NCBI GenBank assembly: GCA_963701665.1 | Contig: OY969622.1 | Span: forward strand, 1,024,001 to 1,088,000 | Source: Candidatus Babeliales bacterium | GTDB lineage: Bacteria; Babelota; Babeliae; Babelales; JANWKD01 | Reading direction: 5' to 3' | DNA: 64,000 nucleotides | Shown: positions 1 through 9,864 of the stretch, piece after piece | Layout of the letters: the number at the start of each line of letters is the position of its first letter | Numbering within the stretch: position 1 is the stretch's first letter | The notes under the pieces: model-generated | Told to the model about the DNA's origin: nothing | Seen by the model: only the letters and a program-made list of their open reading frames with translations | Database searches by the model: none | Translations under genes and position numbers: made by a program

Positions 1-473
1 AATGAAGGATAGCCATAGCCCCTGCCACTTTTTTTAACGAGCTTTTGTGCCACCTCTTCTTGGATCATGATCACGCCTTCTTGCAGCAAATCGCGGTTAC
101 GTTGCAAAAGATGCAAAATAGGAAAGGTAATTAAATAAGGAAGATTTGCTAATAAAATCCACGGTTTATATGGTTCAAAGCGTGAAAAATCAACATCAAG
201 AATATTTTCCCGAAACATGCTCATGCGCTCGTCAGGATAGGTTTTTTGCACATATTCAGCCCATTGCGGATCAATTTCAAAAACCCACAAACGCGCGATA
301 TCTTGTTTTAAAATCGAGCGCGTTAAAAAACCATCGCCACAGCCGATTTCAAATACGGAACTGCGCTCGTTTAAATCAACGGCAGCAATCATCTCATCAA
401 TGATTGATTGCTGCCGTAAAAAATGTTGACCGAACTGTTTTTTAAGCGGAATGCCCGCGGTGTATACTGTCAT
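1..473 (-). CDS. rsmA: 16S rRNA adenine dimethyltransferase RsmA/KsgA, 5' part (runs off the window start)
   Basis: Manual minus-strand translation from ATG at 473: MTVYTAGIPLKKQFGQHFL...VFEIGCGDGFLT...FEIDP...LANLPYLIT...MIQEEVAQKL. These match the KsgA GQHFL, SAM-binding EIGxG and NLPY motifs. Not in the ORF track. Confidence 0.92.
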   Translation of the reverse strand, partial: MTVYTAGIPLKKQFGQHFLRQQSIIDEMIAAVDLNERSSVFEIGCGDGFLTRSILKQDIARLWVFEIDPQWAEYVQKTYPDERMSMFRENILDVDFSRFEPYKPWILLANLPYLITFPILHLLQRNRDLLQEGVIMIQEEVAQKLVKKSGRGYGYPS

Positions 474-488
474 AGAGAATGCGTGCGC

Positions 489-1538
489 CTATTTCATAAG
501 TGCTTCACGGAAGAAATCTAATTCATCAAGCACGCGTCCAACGCCTTTGACAACACATTGTAATGGATCTTCTGCCACGCGCACGGGTAATTTAGTTTCT
601 TTTGAAATGAGATCACCAAGACCGCGCAAGAGCGAACCGCCACCCGCCATGACAATACCTTTATCCACCAAATCAGAGGAAAGTTCCGGCGGCGTATTTT
701 CAAGTGCCACGCGCACGACATCAACAATGTTAGCGATCGTTTCAAGTAATGATTCGTTCACTTCAGTGCTTGTCAAACACACGGTTTTTGGAATACCGGT
801 TACTAGATCGCGTCCTTTGACATCCATTTTTTCAATTTTTGAATCACACATCACGGTGCCGATGCTAATTTTTATTTGTTCTGCCGTACGTTCACCAATG
901 AGCAAATTATATTTACGTTTTACATATTGCACGATTGCGCGATCCATTTCATCGCCACCGACGCGCACCGATCTGCAGAAAACCACATCTTTTAAACTAA
1001 TAACAGCAACTTCTGTGGTGCCACCGCCGATATCAACGATCATGCTGCCTGAAGGATCTTCAACACGCAACCCTGCACCGATGGCTGCCGCCATTGGCTC
1101 CATAATGGTATAGACTTCGCGCGCACCTGCTTGTTTAGCCGCGTCTTCAATAGCACGACGCTCGACTTGCGTAATACCCGAGGGCACGCCAACAATAATG
1201 CGAGGGCGAATCCACGTACGTCTATTATCATTGACCGCGCGGATGAAATACCGCAGCATACTTTCGGTCAAATCAAAATTTGCAATAACGCCATCACGCA
1301 TAGGGCGACATGCGACAATACTTTCTGGTGTTTTACCAAGCATTTTTTTTGCTTCTTTTCCTGCAGCAAGCACTTGGTTGGTATTTGCTTTTACGGCAAC
1401 TACTGATGGTTCATCAAGCACGATACCTCGATTGCGCACATATACTAACGTGTTTGCGGTTCCTAGATCAATAGCAATATCATTTGAAAGAAAGCTAAAA
1501 ATCTTTTTAGCGGGAAAAAATGAGAACGGTCTTTTCAT
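489..1538 (-). CDS. mreB: Rod shape-determining protein MreB
   Basis: IAIDLGTANTLV, EPMAAAIGAGL, VDIGGGTTEVAVIS and GGGSLL actin-like motifs. Confidence 0.97.
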   Translation of the reverse strand: MKRPFSFFPAKKIFSFLSNDIAIDLGTANTLVYVRNRGIVLDEPSVVAVKANTNQVLAAGKEAKKMLGKTPESIVACRPMRDGVIANFDLTESMLRYFIRAVNDNRRTWIRPRIIVGVPSGITQVERRAIEDAAKQAGAREVYTIMEPMAAAIGAGLRVEDPSGSMIVDIGGGTTEVAVISLKDVVFCRSVRVGGDEMDRAIVQYVKRKYNLLIGERTAEQIKISIGTVMCDSKIEKMDVKGRDLVTGIPKTVCLTSTEVNESLLETIANIVDVVRVALENTPPELSSDLVDKGIVMAGGGSLLRGLGDLISKETKLPVRVAEDPLQCVVKGVGRVLDELDFFREALMK

Positions 1539-1555
1539 ACACGGTACCTATTTTT

Positions 1556-2845
1556 TTAGTAGAGTAACTCTAATCCTAATGCAACACGGTTTGTTTTACT
1601 TGCGCGCTTAGCGATTAATAATTTCGTAGGTATATCCCATTTAAATGAAAAAATTGGAGGATAATCATAGGGATCGCGCACTTTTGAAAAATCATAATAC
1701 ACATTCACGGTAAAATATTCAGCATTCCAGCGTGAACGTTTTATCACCTGACTTAATGTCGCAGGAGGGAGACTCGGCGGTTTATTAACTTGTTTCCACA
1801 CATCATTTTCGTGGAAAATTAAGGTGTATTGTGCTTGTACACCAAGGCCATCACGGATACCACTTAAAATTGCGTACGGCGCAACGACGGAAGTAAATCC
1901 TGGATCAATACGGACAGATCCTTGTGTTGCCGCATAGAGTTGTTGTTCATTGGCAATCGGCAACCGTTCTTGCTTTGTTCTTTCAAAGCGTTGATTAAAC
2001 CGAACGTATAAACCAACAATCCAATCTTCTTTCAACTCAATTTCTACATCACCAGCAACATAGACACCCCAAAAACCATCGCCACCAAATGGGATAGATG
2101 CAGGATTAAGAATCTCGCGTGTTAATCCGGAAGGAATGAGTGCACCAATGCTGATACCGGCATCAATGCGTTTTAATTTATACAAATAATCCCAAATATT
2201 GCCCATGCGTAGATAGAGATCAATGTCAGAAAAGCCCGCACGGCTGAAGGTAGGCGCAAGCAACCCTACTTCTTGATTCATAAATCTACGCGCTTGATCT
2301 AAACGTATTTGCTCATCAGGCGTAATCATAAAATCTGTAATGGTTTTAGGCGACAAGAAGAAATCGTTCTTAGAAAATAAATGCATGAAGAAACAGCTGA
2401 ACCCGCCAGAAAAATAGCGCCAAATATGCTGATCATATTGCAACGCAAAACCTTCAGAAGCAATTTTACCATTCATACGGAATATAACATCTTGTCCCTG
2501 AAAGCGCATAAGTGCTGGTGTATTAAGTGGATCAGGTAAGCCTAAAAGATTTATTGCTGCTTCCATAGCCCCTAGATTATAATCACCAAAAACCTCAAAC
2601 AAGCCTATTTCTGGATTATCTTCACCTTTTGCGAATGCTTCATTGGCAGTCATGATAAAAAGATCACCAAATAACCCTGATGTTTGCTTTAAACAAGGGC
2701 CACACGGCGAGTTACGGAGCGAACACGTACGCGAAAAAGTACGACGCAACAAGGGCAAAAAGCGATTATCATACACCATGCCCAACACGTTTGTTGTGCA
2801 CATAAAAAAGAAGAGAGCAATAACGAGTGAGCGAAGTTTGATCAT
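1556..2845 (-). CDS. Exported hypothetical protein, possibly an outer-membrane beta-barrel
   Basis: Signal peptide (MIKLRSLVIALFFFMCTTNVLG), alternating aromatic/hydrophobic strands, C-terminal RVALGLELLY ending in an aromatic residue. The fold is inference. Confidence 0.55.
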   Translation of the reverse strand: MIKLRSLVIALFFFMCTTNVLGMVYDNRFLPLLRRTFSRTCSLRNSPCGPCLKQTSGLFGDLFIMTANEAFAKGEDNPEIGLFEVFGDYNLGAMEAAINLLGLPDPLNTPALMRFQGQDVIFRMNGKIASEGFALQYDQHIWRYFSGGFSCFFMHLFSKNDFFLSPKTITDFMITPDEQIRLDQARRFMNQEVGLLAPTFSRAGFSDIDLYLRMGNIWDYLYKLKRIDAGISIGALIPSGLTREILNPASIPFGGDGFWGVYVAGDVEIELKEDWIVGLYVRFNQRFERTKQERLPIANEQQLYAATQGSVRIDPGFTSVVAPYAILSGIRDGLGVQAQYTLIFHENDVWKQVNKPPSLPPATLSQVIKRSRWNAEYFTVNVYYDFSKVRDPYDYPPIFSFKWDIPTKLLIAKRASKTNRVALGLELLY

Positions 2846-3049
2846 ATACAAAAAGACCTTTTTAAATTCCTATTTATGCACGAGTCATATAACTGGCCGT
2901 GCCAGCCCAGTCTTCGCTTGCAATGGAATGCCTTCGAAGAGAAATTGAGCTTCGACGGGCAATCTACGCATCATTCTCCTTAAAGAAAACTGGCGAAGCC
3001 AATCGTAGCCAAATATCACATCAAAGCTTCTCCCCATGCAGGCGTAGAT

Positions 3050-3142
3050 TGGAGGAGAGAGAGGGATTCGAACCCCCGATTCCATTATACATGAAATAAC
3101 CGCTTTCGAGGCGGCCGCTTTAGACCGCTCAGCCATCTCTCC
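3050..3142 (-). tRNA. tRNA-Ser(CGA), long variable arm, encoded CCA
   Basis: Reverse complement GGAGAGATGGCTGAGCGGTCTAAAGCGGCCGC-CTCGAAA-GCGGT...GGGGGTTCGAATCCCTC-TCTCTCC-T-CCA. Acceptor stem GGAGAGA/TCTCTCC, anticodon CGA. Confidence 0.96.
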
Positions 3143-3209
3143 ATGTACAGTGTTCTATTCATCTAATAATAAAGGATTCTGCTTTTTTGAGAAGTTTTTC
3201 CCAACAAAA

Positions 3210-3239
3210 TTGACAACCTGCCGAAAGCTCGACTATGCT
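3210..3239 (+). promoter_or_regulatory. Putative sigma70 promoter for glmU-sbcD
   Basis: TTGACA (3210-3215), 18 bp spacer, TATGCT (3234-3239), followed by an AAGGGAGA SD-like site before ATG 3277. Confidence 0.5.
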
Positions 3240-3276
3240 ACGTCAGGCAAAAGAGACATTAAGTAAAGGAGATTCC

Positions 3277-4740
3277 ATGCTAGAAAAGAATCTGCAAGCA
3301 GTACTTTTAGCGGGAGGTCGTTCAACACGATTCAAAACGGGAAAAACAAAATTACTTGAAAGAATTTGCGGCCAAGAAATGGTTCTTTATGCAACCTCTC
3401 TCCTTGAGCATTTAGGTTTGCCTACGACGGTTCTTATCGGTTATGAAGGCAATGCCGTTAAAGAGTGCATCATCCAAAGACATGGCTCAGCACTCAATTT
3501 TGCCGTGCAAGAAGAACAAAAAGGAACCGGCCATGCACTCTTATGCACCCAAAAACAGTGGCAGCATGATCATATCCTGGTCATGAATGGTGATATGCCA
3601 CTCATCACCGAAAATACTCTAGAACAATTAGTGCAGAAACATTGTGAACATAAGGCAAGCATTACGTTTGTGACTGCGCACAATGCTGATCCGTCAGTGA
3701 CTGGCTACGGCAGAGTGGTACAGGAAGATCACAAAGTACGCATCATTGAACCAAAAGAATTTCATGGCGATACTCATGAACATTGCTGCGTCAATGCAGG
3801 CATTTATTTAATTAAAAGAGATTTTTTAGAAAATAGCATTCATACGTTACAAGCAAATAACAGCGCGCAAGAATTTTATTTAACGGATTTAATAAAAATC
3901 GCCAGCGATGCACAGCTCACCATCAAAACGGTGCCGGTGGCATTTGATGAAATTCGAGGCGTTAATGATTTTAAAGAACTGTGGACCGTTGAACAAATAA
4001 AACGCTCGGAACTCATTTCTAAATGGATGGCGTCAGGCGTACGCTTTCATGCAGCACAAAATGTACACATAGATGTGAATGTCACGATCGGCGCTGGATC
4101 CTATATAGGTAATGGCGTTCACATTATTAATAATTCACACGTGGGGCAACATTGCATCATCGAGTGTTTCTCTGTCATCAGTAACACACACATTGGCAAT
4201 CATACCACCATCCGCGCGCATTCTGTTGTGTATGATTCCACCATTGGCGATCAATGTTCAGTTGGTCCTTTTGCTCATATTGAAAAAGATTCTCGCCTTG
4301 AAGCGCACGCCGTAATTGGCAATTTTGTTCACGTCAAAAAAAGTACTCTCGGCTCACACTCAAAAGCAAAACATCTTGCGTATCTTGGTGATACTAACAT
4401 CGGTGAGCAGGTGAATATCGGCGCAGGCACTATCACATGCAATTATGACGGCGTTCACAAACATACCACGACCATTGAAGATAATTGTTTTATCGGCAGC
4501 AACAATACCCTCGTTGCACCCGTTGCCATTGGCAAAAATAGTTATACTGCAGCAGGATCGGTTATTACCAACAACGTTCCGCAGGGAGCGCTCGCAATCG
4601 GACGCGCGCGCCAAGTCAATAAAGAAGGATACGCGCGCACGTTACATGAAAAATTAACGCACGCGCAAAATGAAGCTGATATTCCTTTTATTGGTGCACT
4701 CAAAACAACTGACCCCTCAAGTTTTACTGAAGGAACATGA
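3277..4740 (+). CDS. glmU: Bifunctional UDP-GlcNAc pyrophosphorylase / glucosamine-1-phosphate acetyltransferase
   Basis: LLAGGRSTRF, EQKGTGHA, GDMPL, EFYLTD, hexapeptide repeats, KHLAYLGD, NIGAGTITCNYDG. Confidence 0.97.
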   Translation: MLEKNLQAVLLAGGRSTRFKTGKTKLLERICGQEMVLYATSLLEHLGLPTTVLIGYEGNAVKECIIQRHGSALNFAVQEEQKGTGHALLCTQKQWQHDHILVMNGDMPLITENTLEQLVQKHCEHKASITFVTAHNADPSVTGYGRVVQEDHKVRIIEPKEFHGDTHEHCCVNAGIYLIKRDFLENSIHTLQANNSAQEFYLTDLIKIASDAQLTIKTVPVAFDEIRGVNDFKELWTVEQIKRSELISKWMASGVRFHAAQNVHIDVNVTIGAGSYIGNGVHIINNSHVGQHCIIECFSVISNTHIGNHTTIRAHSVVYDSTIGDQCSVGPFAHIEKDSRLEAHAVIGNFVHVKKSTLGSHSKAKHLAYLGDTNIGEQVNIGAGTITCNYDGVHKHTTTIEDNCFIGSNNTLVAPVAIGKNSYTAAGSVITNNVPQGALAIGRARQVNKEGYARTLHEKLTHAQNEADIPFIGALKTTDPSSFTEGT

Positions 4741-5981
4741 TACAATTTATTCACACAGCAGACATCCATTTTGGGATGGAAAATTACGGCAAAATTGATC
4801 CCGCGACTGGCATTCACACGCGGTTGCTTGATTTTAAAAAAGCGTTAGATTTTTGTGTTGATTATGCATTAAAAAGCAACGTAGATTTCTTTCTGTTTTC
4901 TGGTGACGCCTATAAAACCATTAATCCAACACCCACCCAGCAACGATTATTGCTCAACTGTTTTTTACGGTTACAACAAGCTGGCATTCCACTCGTCATT
5001 GTAGTGGGCAATCACGATAATCCACTCAGTTTCGGTAAAGCAAATACGTTGGATATTTTTAGTGATCTGCCACTTGAAGGATTTCATGTCATTGCCAAAC
5101 CAGCTATTATTAACTTAACTACTAAAAACGGCCCCGTGCAGATTGTTGGCATTCCATGGCCAAGCCGAACCAACATTGCACTATCTTCAATGCATGCCTA
5201 TAAATCCGCCACAGCACTCACGGAACATATTGCCAGTTCAGTAAGTTCGTTAATTAGTCATTTTGCTCAGCAACTTGATCGCACCATTCCTGCTGTGCTT
5301 GCCGGGCATTTAACGGTAAGTTCCGGCATTTTTTCCGGATCGGAAAAGCGCGCAATTTATGGCAATGATCCGGTGTTGCTACCATCACAACTAGCAATCG
5401 AGCCATTTGATTATGTTGCACTCGGCCATTTGCATCGCTATCAAAATTTAAACCCCAATGGCTATCCTGCACTCGTTTATTCCGGTTCAATCGAGCGCAT
5501 CGATTTTGGCGAGCGCAAAGAAGAGAAAGGATTTTGTTCTGTTACGATTGAAAAAAAAGGTGTCACGACGCACGAATTTATCAAAACACCAGCGCGTCCT
5601 TTCATTCAGATTGAAGTGAAGCTCAAAGAACATCAGGATCAAACAGAGCAACTTCTTGATCAACTGCAACAACATGATATCAATGATGCAATCGTAAAAA
5701 TTTTGTATCATGTACCCGCGGGCAAAAAAGATACGGTGAACTTGTCACTCGTTTTACAAGCGTGCGCAAGCGCGATGCATGTTGTCAACATCACCCCCGT
5801 TCACGCGCCAGAAACGCGCGAGAAACGCTCGGTCATGAATATTTCGATGGATTTGAAAACACTCGTTTCCACGTATTTAGAAGGAAAAAATACCGCGCAA
5901 TCAGATAGCGCGCGTCTTTTGGAAAAAGCACTCGCTTTGCAACAAGAAGCGCTCAATGAAGAGTTTCAGGAAGAGAGTTGA
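4737..5981 (+). CDS. sbcD: SbcD/Mre11-family metallophosphoesterase nuclease subunit
   Basis: HTADIHFG, GD, VGNHD, LAGHL, DYVALGHLH, YSGS..RIDFGE motifs. ATGA overlap with glmU. Confidence 0.93.
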   Translation: MIQFIHTADIHFGMENYGKIDPATGIHTRLLDFKKALDFCVDYALKSNVDFFLFSGDAYKTINPTPTQQRLLLNCFLRLQQAGIPLVIVVGNHDNPLSFGKANTLDIFSDLPLEGFHVIAKPAIINLTTKNGPVQIVGIPWPSRTNIALSSMHAYKSATALTEHIASSVSSLISHFAQQLDRTIPAVLAGHLTVSSGIFSGSEKRAIYGNDPVLLPSQLAIEPFDYVALGHLHRYQNLNPNGYPALVYSGSIERIDFGERKEEKGFCSVTIEKKGVTTHEFIKTPARPFIQIEVKLKEHQDQTEQLLDQLQQHDINDAIVKILYHVPAGKKDTVNLSLVLQACASAMHVVNITPVHAPETREKRSVMNISMDLKTLVSTYLEGKNTAQSDSARLLEKALALQQEALNEEFQEES

Positions 5982-5989
5982 GAATTATT

Positions 5990-6194
5990 TCACGCAAATC
6001 CAATGCAAATTTTACAATGAACTCAAGAATGTCTTCCCGAGGCTTTAGCCGTGGGGATCCAGAACTTTAATACATTCCTTTAATGAACTAATTTTATAAG
6101 CTGGGTTGCCACGCCACATACATGGCTCGCAATGACAATTCTGTTTTCAATGTTATCTTTGCGTAGCCACATTTAATTTATCGAATTTGCGTTA
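5990..6194. mobile_element. Palindromic MITE/RPE-like repeat, copy 1 (core 6031-6136)
   Basis: GTCTTCCCGAG..CGTGGGGATCC-[AT-rich]-GGGTTGCCACG..CTCGCAATGAC. Outer imperfect inverted repeats at 5990-6004 and 6180-6194. Confidence 0.8.
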
Positions 6195-6303
6195 ATTACA
6201 ATAAGCACAAGATCAATTCTTAGTGATACAAATTTGTTTTTTTAGTATAATACAACTATATATCTCATAGTATTAAAATTCTACTCAATCAAGTATTGCT
6301 TCT

Positions 6304-8457
6304 ATGATAGTGAAATTAAAACTACATCCATTACATTTAATTATAGCATTTTTCATTCCAAGCATCTTTTACGGAATGTCTGAGCCAAAAATTGCTAAGC
6401 AGCACTCGATCAAAGATTACGGAGAGTTATATTCACAACAAGGTCTTAGAAGCCTACAAGCAATTTGTTTAGGCGTTATAGCAGATAATATTAAAGATAC
6501 TATTGATACAAAAGATCCATTAAATGATAAGCCTTTAATTGAAGAAATCTTAAAGCAAGTATCAGATTACGTCCCACACTTGTTAGAGTATTGGAAGGCA
6601 CATACGCAACCAACATGGAAATTCTTAACACGAGTACCCAATAATATAGATGTAAAGTGGTACAATTCAAAATTGGCTATCTGGTTTGATTCTAAATTCG
6701 ACAAAATTGGCATTTTGCATAGAGATATTGTTAGTTATAAAGATAACCCATTTACGGGAGATTTTGACTGCATTACTGGCAGTAAAGACAATACTTGCAT
6801 TGCAATAAGCAAAAAAAATAAAATAAGAATTTTTTCAGGTAACCATCCATATGAAACTATCCATCGTTTTGAATTGCCTGATACTGATGCTGTTACATCA
6901 CTCGTTTTTTCTCCCGATAAAAATGCTCTTGTCGTAGGCAGTTCAGATGGTAGCATTTATTATATTTTTTTGAATAAACTCAGTTCCTATCCTATGTTAA
7001 CAGAAAAGCATCCTACATCATCAAGCATAAAACATCTTACTTATGCCCCAAATGGCACATACTTTATTTCAATTGACGGGAAAGGCAATGCACTCAAATG
7101 GTATTTTTCATTACATTGTCCTTTATCATCGCATCCTGTATTCCTAGATGGTCCCGTCTTCTATAGCATTATTTCTTTGGATAGTAAGTTCATTTTTTTT
7201 GATAGCTCTTTAGCGCACAAGAAAAATATACAACCCCAAGGATTCATATTCGATGTTAATGATGAAAAAATAATACTTTTTGAAAATGTAGATATTCGTG
7301 GTGTAACTCAAGGGAATAATTTTTTTGGCATCCAATATGAACATAGAGAAAAAACTGTTGCTCGTGACATGGGCAGTTATCTGGCCGCAGCTATTGAAGT
7401 GGAGCTTATTCCTTGGCTTGTAGCAATTGATGTAAAAGGAAATTTTCAAAAATTCTCGTACAATAAGAAAGTGACGACGCTAATCAGTCCGACCAATCTT
7501 TTAGATAGCATGATGTGTTGTGTCTATCAAAATCAAAAATCTTATGACACTTTTTTTTGTTGTTCAGCAAAACCAACGTTAGATCAATTATTATTCAAAC
7601 TTGCCCTAGAAGCAGCACTGAAACATAATAAAACAGCTCATACAAAATCCTTACTCTCACATTCTATATTTTCAACATTTGAACCACACACTGAACAGCA
7701 CACATTACGAGAAAGAATTGATTTGACTCTCTCCAAAGTACATCCTCCATTAGTTGCCCTCCATTTTGTTTATACGCATATCGACCAATTACTACAAACT
7801 AACAAACCGTTCGATACCGTATTGAATCCTGATATGTTAGATGGTTATGACAATAATATTTTAGAGATGATTCATTATCTTACTCAGGAAACAGTTCGTT
7901 CGTGGTTCTCAAAAAAAATAAATCAACAGACTAAATTAATACACACATTAAATAACTTTGAACTTGAAGGAACGCAATATTTGTTATCAGTTAATAGGCA
8001 GTTTGTTTTTGACACTTTTAACACTATAGTAAATGCTGCTAAAAATAATTTTAATGCGCTCAAAACAATACAAAAATCAGGTATAGAAAGAAAATTACGC
8101 ACGTTTACAACTAACACAAAAAGTATCTTGTCAACGGCGGATCATCTTGATACCTTAATTAAACTTAAGAATGAGAGTTTATTACAAGAGGGACGCTATT
8201 ATGGGGGTGAAATTTCTGATTACTACAATCTCGACATAGCAAAACATATGAAGAATTGTATATATAAATTGGAACGATCAGTACCTCCATCTTATAGAAG
8301 CATGGATGAAATTTTACCTAATACTTTATTTGGTCAAGCAGTTAAAGCGTCAGAAGATAGTATTCAAAGCTATGCATCAAGCGTAACGTCTCCTGATAAA
8401 ATGAAGATTTTTCCACGTCTTTTATACAAACATGCACATCTGCAATGCACAAAGTAA
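6304..8457 (+). CDS. Secreted-type WD40/beta-propeller protein with a BC-box-like motif
   Basis: 717-aa ORF, signal peptide ending FYG|MSE, SLQAICLGVI motif, WD-like repeats (VTSLVFSPDKNALVVGSSDGSI, IKHLTYAPNGTYFISIDGKG). Confidence 0.75.
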   Translation: MIVKLKLHPLHLIIAFFIPSIFYGMSEPKIAKQHSIKDYGELYSQQGLRSLQAICLGVIADNIKDTIDTKDPLNDKPLIEEILKQVSDYVPHLLEYWKAHTQPTWKFLTRVPNNIDVKWYNSKLAIWFDSKFDKIGILHRDIVSYKDNPFTGDFDCITGSKDNTCIAISKKNKIRIFSGNHPYETIHRFELPDTDAVTSLVFSPDKNALVVGSSDGSIYYIFLNKLSSYPMLTEKHPTSSSIKHLTYAPNGTYFISIDGKGNALKWYFSLHCPLSSHPVFLDGPVFYSIISLDSKFIFFDSSLAHKKNIQPQGFIFDVNDEKIILFENVDIRGVTQGNNFFGIQYEHREKTVARDMGSYLAAAIEVELIPWLVAIDVKGNFQKFSYNKKVTTLISPTNLLDSMMCCVYQNQKSYDTFFCCSAKPTLDQLLFKLALEAALKHNKTAHTKSLLSHSIFSTFEPHTEQHTLRERIDLTLSKVHPPLVALHFVYTHIDQLLQTNKPFDTVLNPDMLDGYDNNILEMIHYLTQETVRSWFSKKINQQTKLIHTLNNFELEGTQYLLSVNRQFVFDTFNTIVNAAKNNFNALKTIQKSGIERKLRTFTTNTKSILSTADHLDTLIKLKNESLLQEGRYYGGEISDYYNLDIAKHMKNCIYKLERSVPPSYRSMDEILPNTLFGQAVKASEDSIQSYASSVTSPDKMKIFPRLLYKHAHLQCTK

Positions 8458-8510
8458 ATGTAATAAAAAGTTTCAGGAAGAGAGTTCAGATTACAACCTC
8501 CACTTTCTTT

Positions 8511-8753
8511 TTAATGTATGTCTTGTTTCGTTATCAACTGAGCCTGTAGGTCAAATAATTCTTGTTCCAATTCTGTCATTTTTAGGAACGCTTTGTCCTG
8601 TTCATCAAACATTTCTTCGGATATCTCATGATTCTTGTCATCACCATTGATGGGAACTACGCCATGTCGAAAAATTAGATTTTTAAATTCTTCGACGTGG
8701 GATTCCATCCTGATTAATATTTCATTCCGTTTTTGCTCATAGGATTTGTTCAT
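8511..8753 (-). CDS. Small hypothetical protein (helical, acidic)
   Basis: 80-aa ORF with an AGGGA SD-like site upstream, directly downstream of the PPIase genes. Confidence 0.5.
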   Translation of the reverse strand: MNKSYEQKRNEILIRMESHVEEFKNLIFRHGVVPINGDDKNHEISEEMFDEQDKAFLKMTELEQELFDLQAQLITKQDIH

Positions 8754-8782
8754 GTTAGGTTCCCTAAAAAGAGAAAAGTTAA

Positions 8783-9793
8783 TTATTCAACTGCTGAAAT
8801 AGAACTGAACGAACGCAATTCTTTTTTATATTCATCAATCATGTGTTGTAATTTTGGCATACGCAGCGTGTGCAAAATTTCACGATACCGTTTTTCTAGA
8901 GGGATAACGCGCGCTTCTTTTTTGTTAACTAAGCGCAGCACTTCAAAACCGCCATCGACAAGCTGTGCTGGCGCACATTCGCCACGCGCTAACTGTGTAA
9001 TATACTTTTTCTCATCGGCAATATCATTTTCTTTTAGCCAGAACGGCTCGCCCCAACGAATCGATTCAGGACTTGTTTTAACACGTTGTTCTAAATCCTG
9101 CTTTTGAGCTTCCAATGGTTGTGACGTATCAAAAGGAATGTAGGCAACTTGTAATTGATATTTTGCAGCCTTAATTTTCGGATGTGCCTCATAGTATTCT
9201 TTGATTTCATGTTCAGGCAGATAGATGCGGGACATAATTTTTTGTTCAATCATCGTATTACCCGCGCCCATTTTTTCAAATTCTTCAAGTGCACCTTGCG
9301 GGTCTAATCCTGCTTCTGCACAAATTTTATCAAAGACTTCATCAGTTAACTTATGCTGTCTTTTAATACCCTGAATATGTTTTTGTGCAAACTCAGTGAT
9401 GGGAATTTTATGTTTGAGCGCATCTTGATATATTAACTCTTTGTCAACTATCTCATCGGCAGAAGGAATTTTGCCATCAAAGCCGGGCGTCTCTAATTCG
9501 CTGCGGGTTATATAATAGCGCCGTTCAGGCCCGTCAACAATACATGAAACTTCGTTAATGAGAAAACGCTCTTCTTCTATCTGTATGTCAGCAGGCACTT
9601 CTTCTGGCACCTCTGCACTTGGTAATTGTTCTTGAATGTCTTGTTCTGCTACCTGCGCATTTGGCAGTTGTTCTTGAATTTCTTGCGCATCTTGGGGCAA
9701 TGGCTCCGTGTTTGATTGTTCATCACCCATAAGCGTTCCCATGAATAAACTAAAAACAATTGTCGTTATGAAAGAATAGCGTCTGTTTTTCAT
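8783..9793 (-). CDS. SurA/parvulin-like periplasmic chaperone
   Basis: Signal peptide, SurA-N-like 'INEVSCIVDG', 'EHEIKEYYEAH', degenerate rotamase region, 'PLEKRYREI' C-terminal helix. Confidence 0.7.
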   Translation of the reverse strand: MKNRRYSFITTIVFSLFMGTLMGDEQSNTEPLPQDAQEIQEQLPNAQVAEQDIQEQLPSAEVPEEVPADIQIEEERFLINEVSCIVDGPERRYYITRSELETPGFDGKIPSADEIVDKELIYQDALKHKIPITEFAQKHIQGIKRQHKLTDEVFDKICAEAGLDPQGALEEFEKMGAGNTMIEQKIMSRIYLPEHEIKEYYEAHPKIKAAKYQLQVAYIPFDTSQPLEAQKQDLEQRVKTSPESIRWGEPFWLKENDIADEKKYITQLARGECAPAQLVDGGFEVLRLVNKKEARVIPLEKRYREILHTLRMPKLQHMIDEYKKELRSFSSISAVE

Positions 9794-9813
9794 GAAATAT
9801 GCTTTCAATGCGC

Positions 9814-9843
9814 AAAGGGGAATTGCGGTACAATTCCCCTTTT
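9814..9843 (-). terminator. Hairpin / intrinsic terminator between the two PPIase-like genes
   Basis: AAAGGGGAATTG-cggta-CAATTCCCCTTT, a perfect 12-bp stem. Confidence 0.65.
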
Positions 9844-9864
9844 GTTATTGGTTATCAATGTTTT

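Larger units (their letters stand above)
5962..8486 (+). repeat. 18-bp direct repeat AGTTTCAGGAAGAGAGTT at 5962-5979 and 8469-8486
   Basis: Read directly in the sequence. The first copy is the last codons of sbcD; the second lies just after the stop of the 6304..8457 gene. Confidence 0.8.

Noticed and set aside
146..1611. Plus-strand ORFs 146..403, 451..1113, 1131..1406 and 1198..1611
   Set aside because: Antisense shadows of rsmA and mreB.
2885..3136. 83-aa and 66-aa ORFs
   Set aside because: They overlap tRNA-Ser and its flanking hairpins.
4737..5981. sbcD without adjacent sbcC as a novel stand-alone nuclease
   Set aside because: Operons are fragmented throughout this window (murB, mraY and mreB are all isolated), so sbcC is probably elsewhere.
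9618..9690. Short tandem duplication IQEQLP in the SurA-like protein (similarly LVP.RILEPE at ~44244-44313)
   Set aside because: Ordinary low-complexity linker duplications with no further structure.
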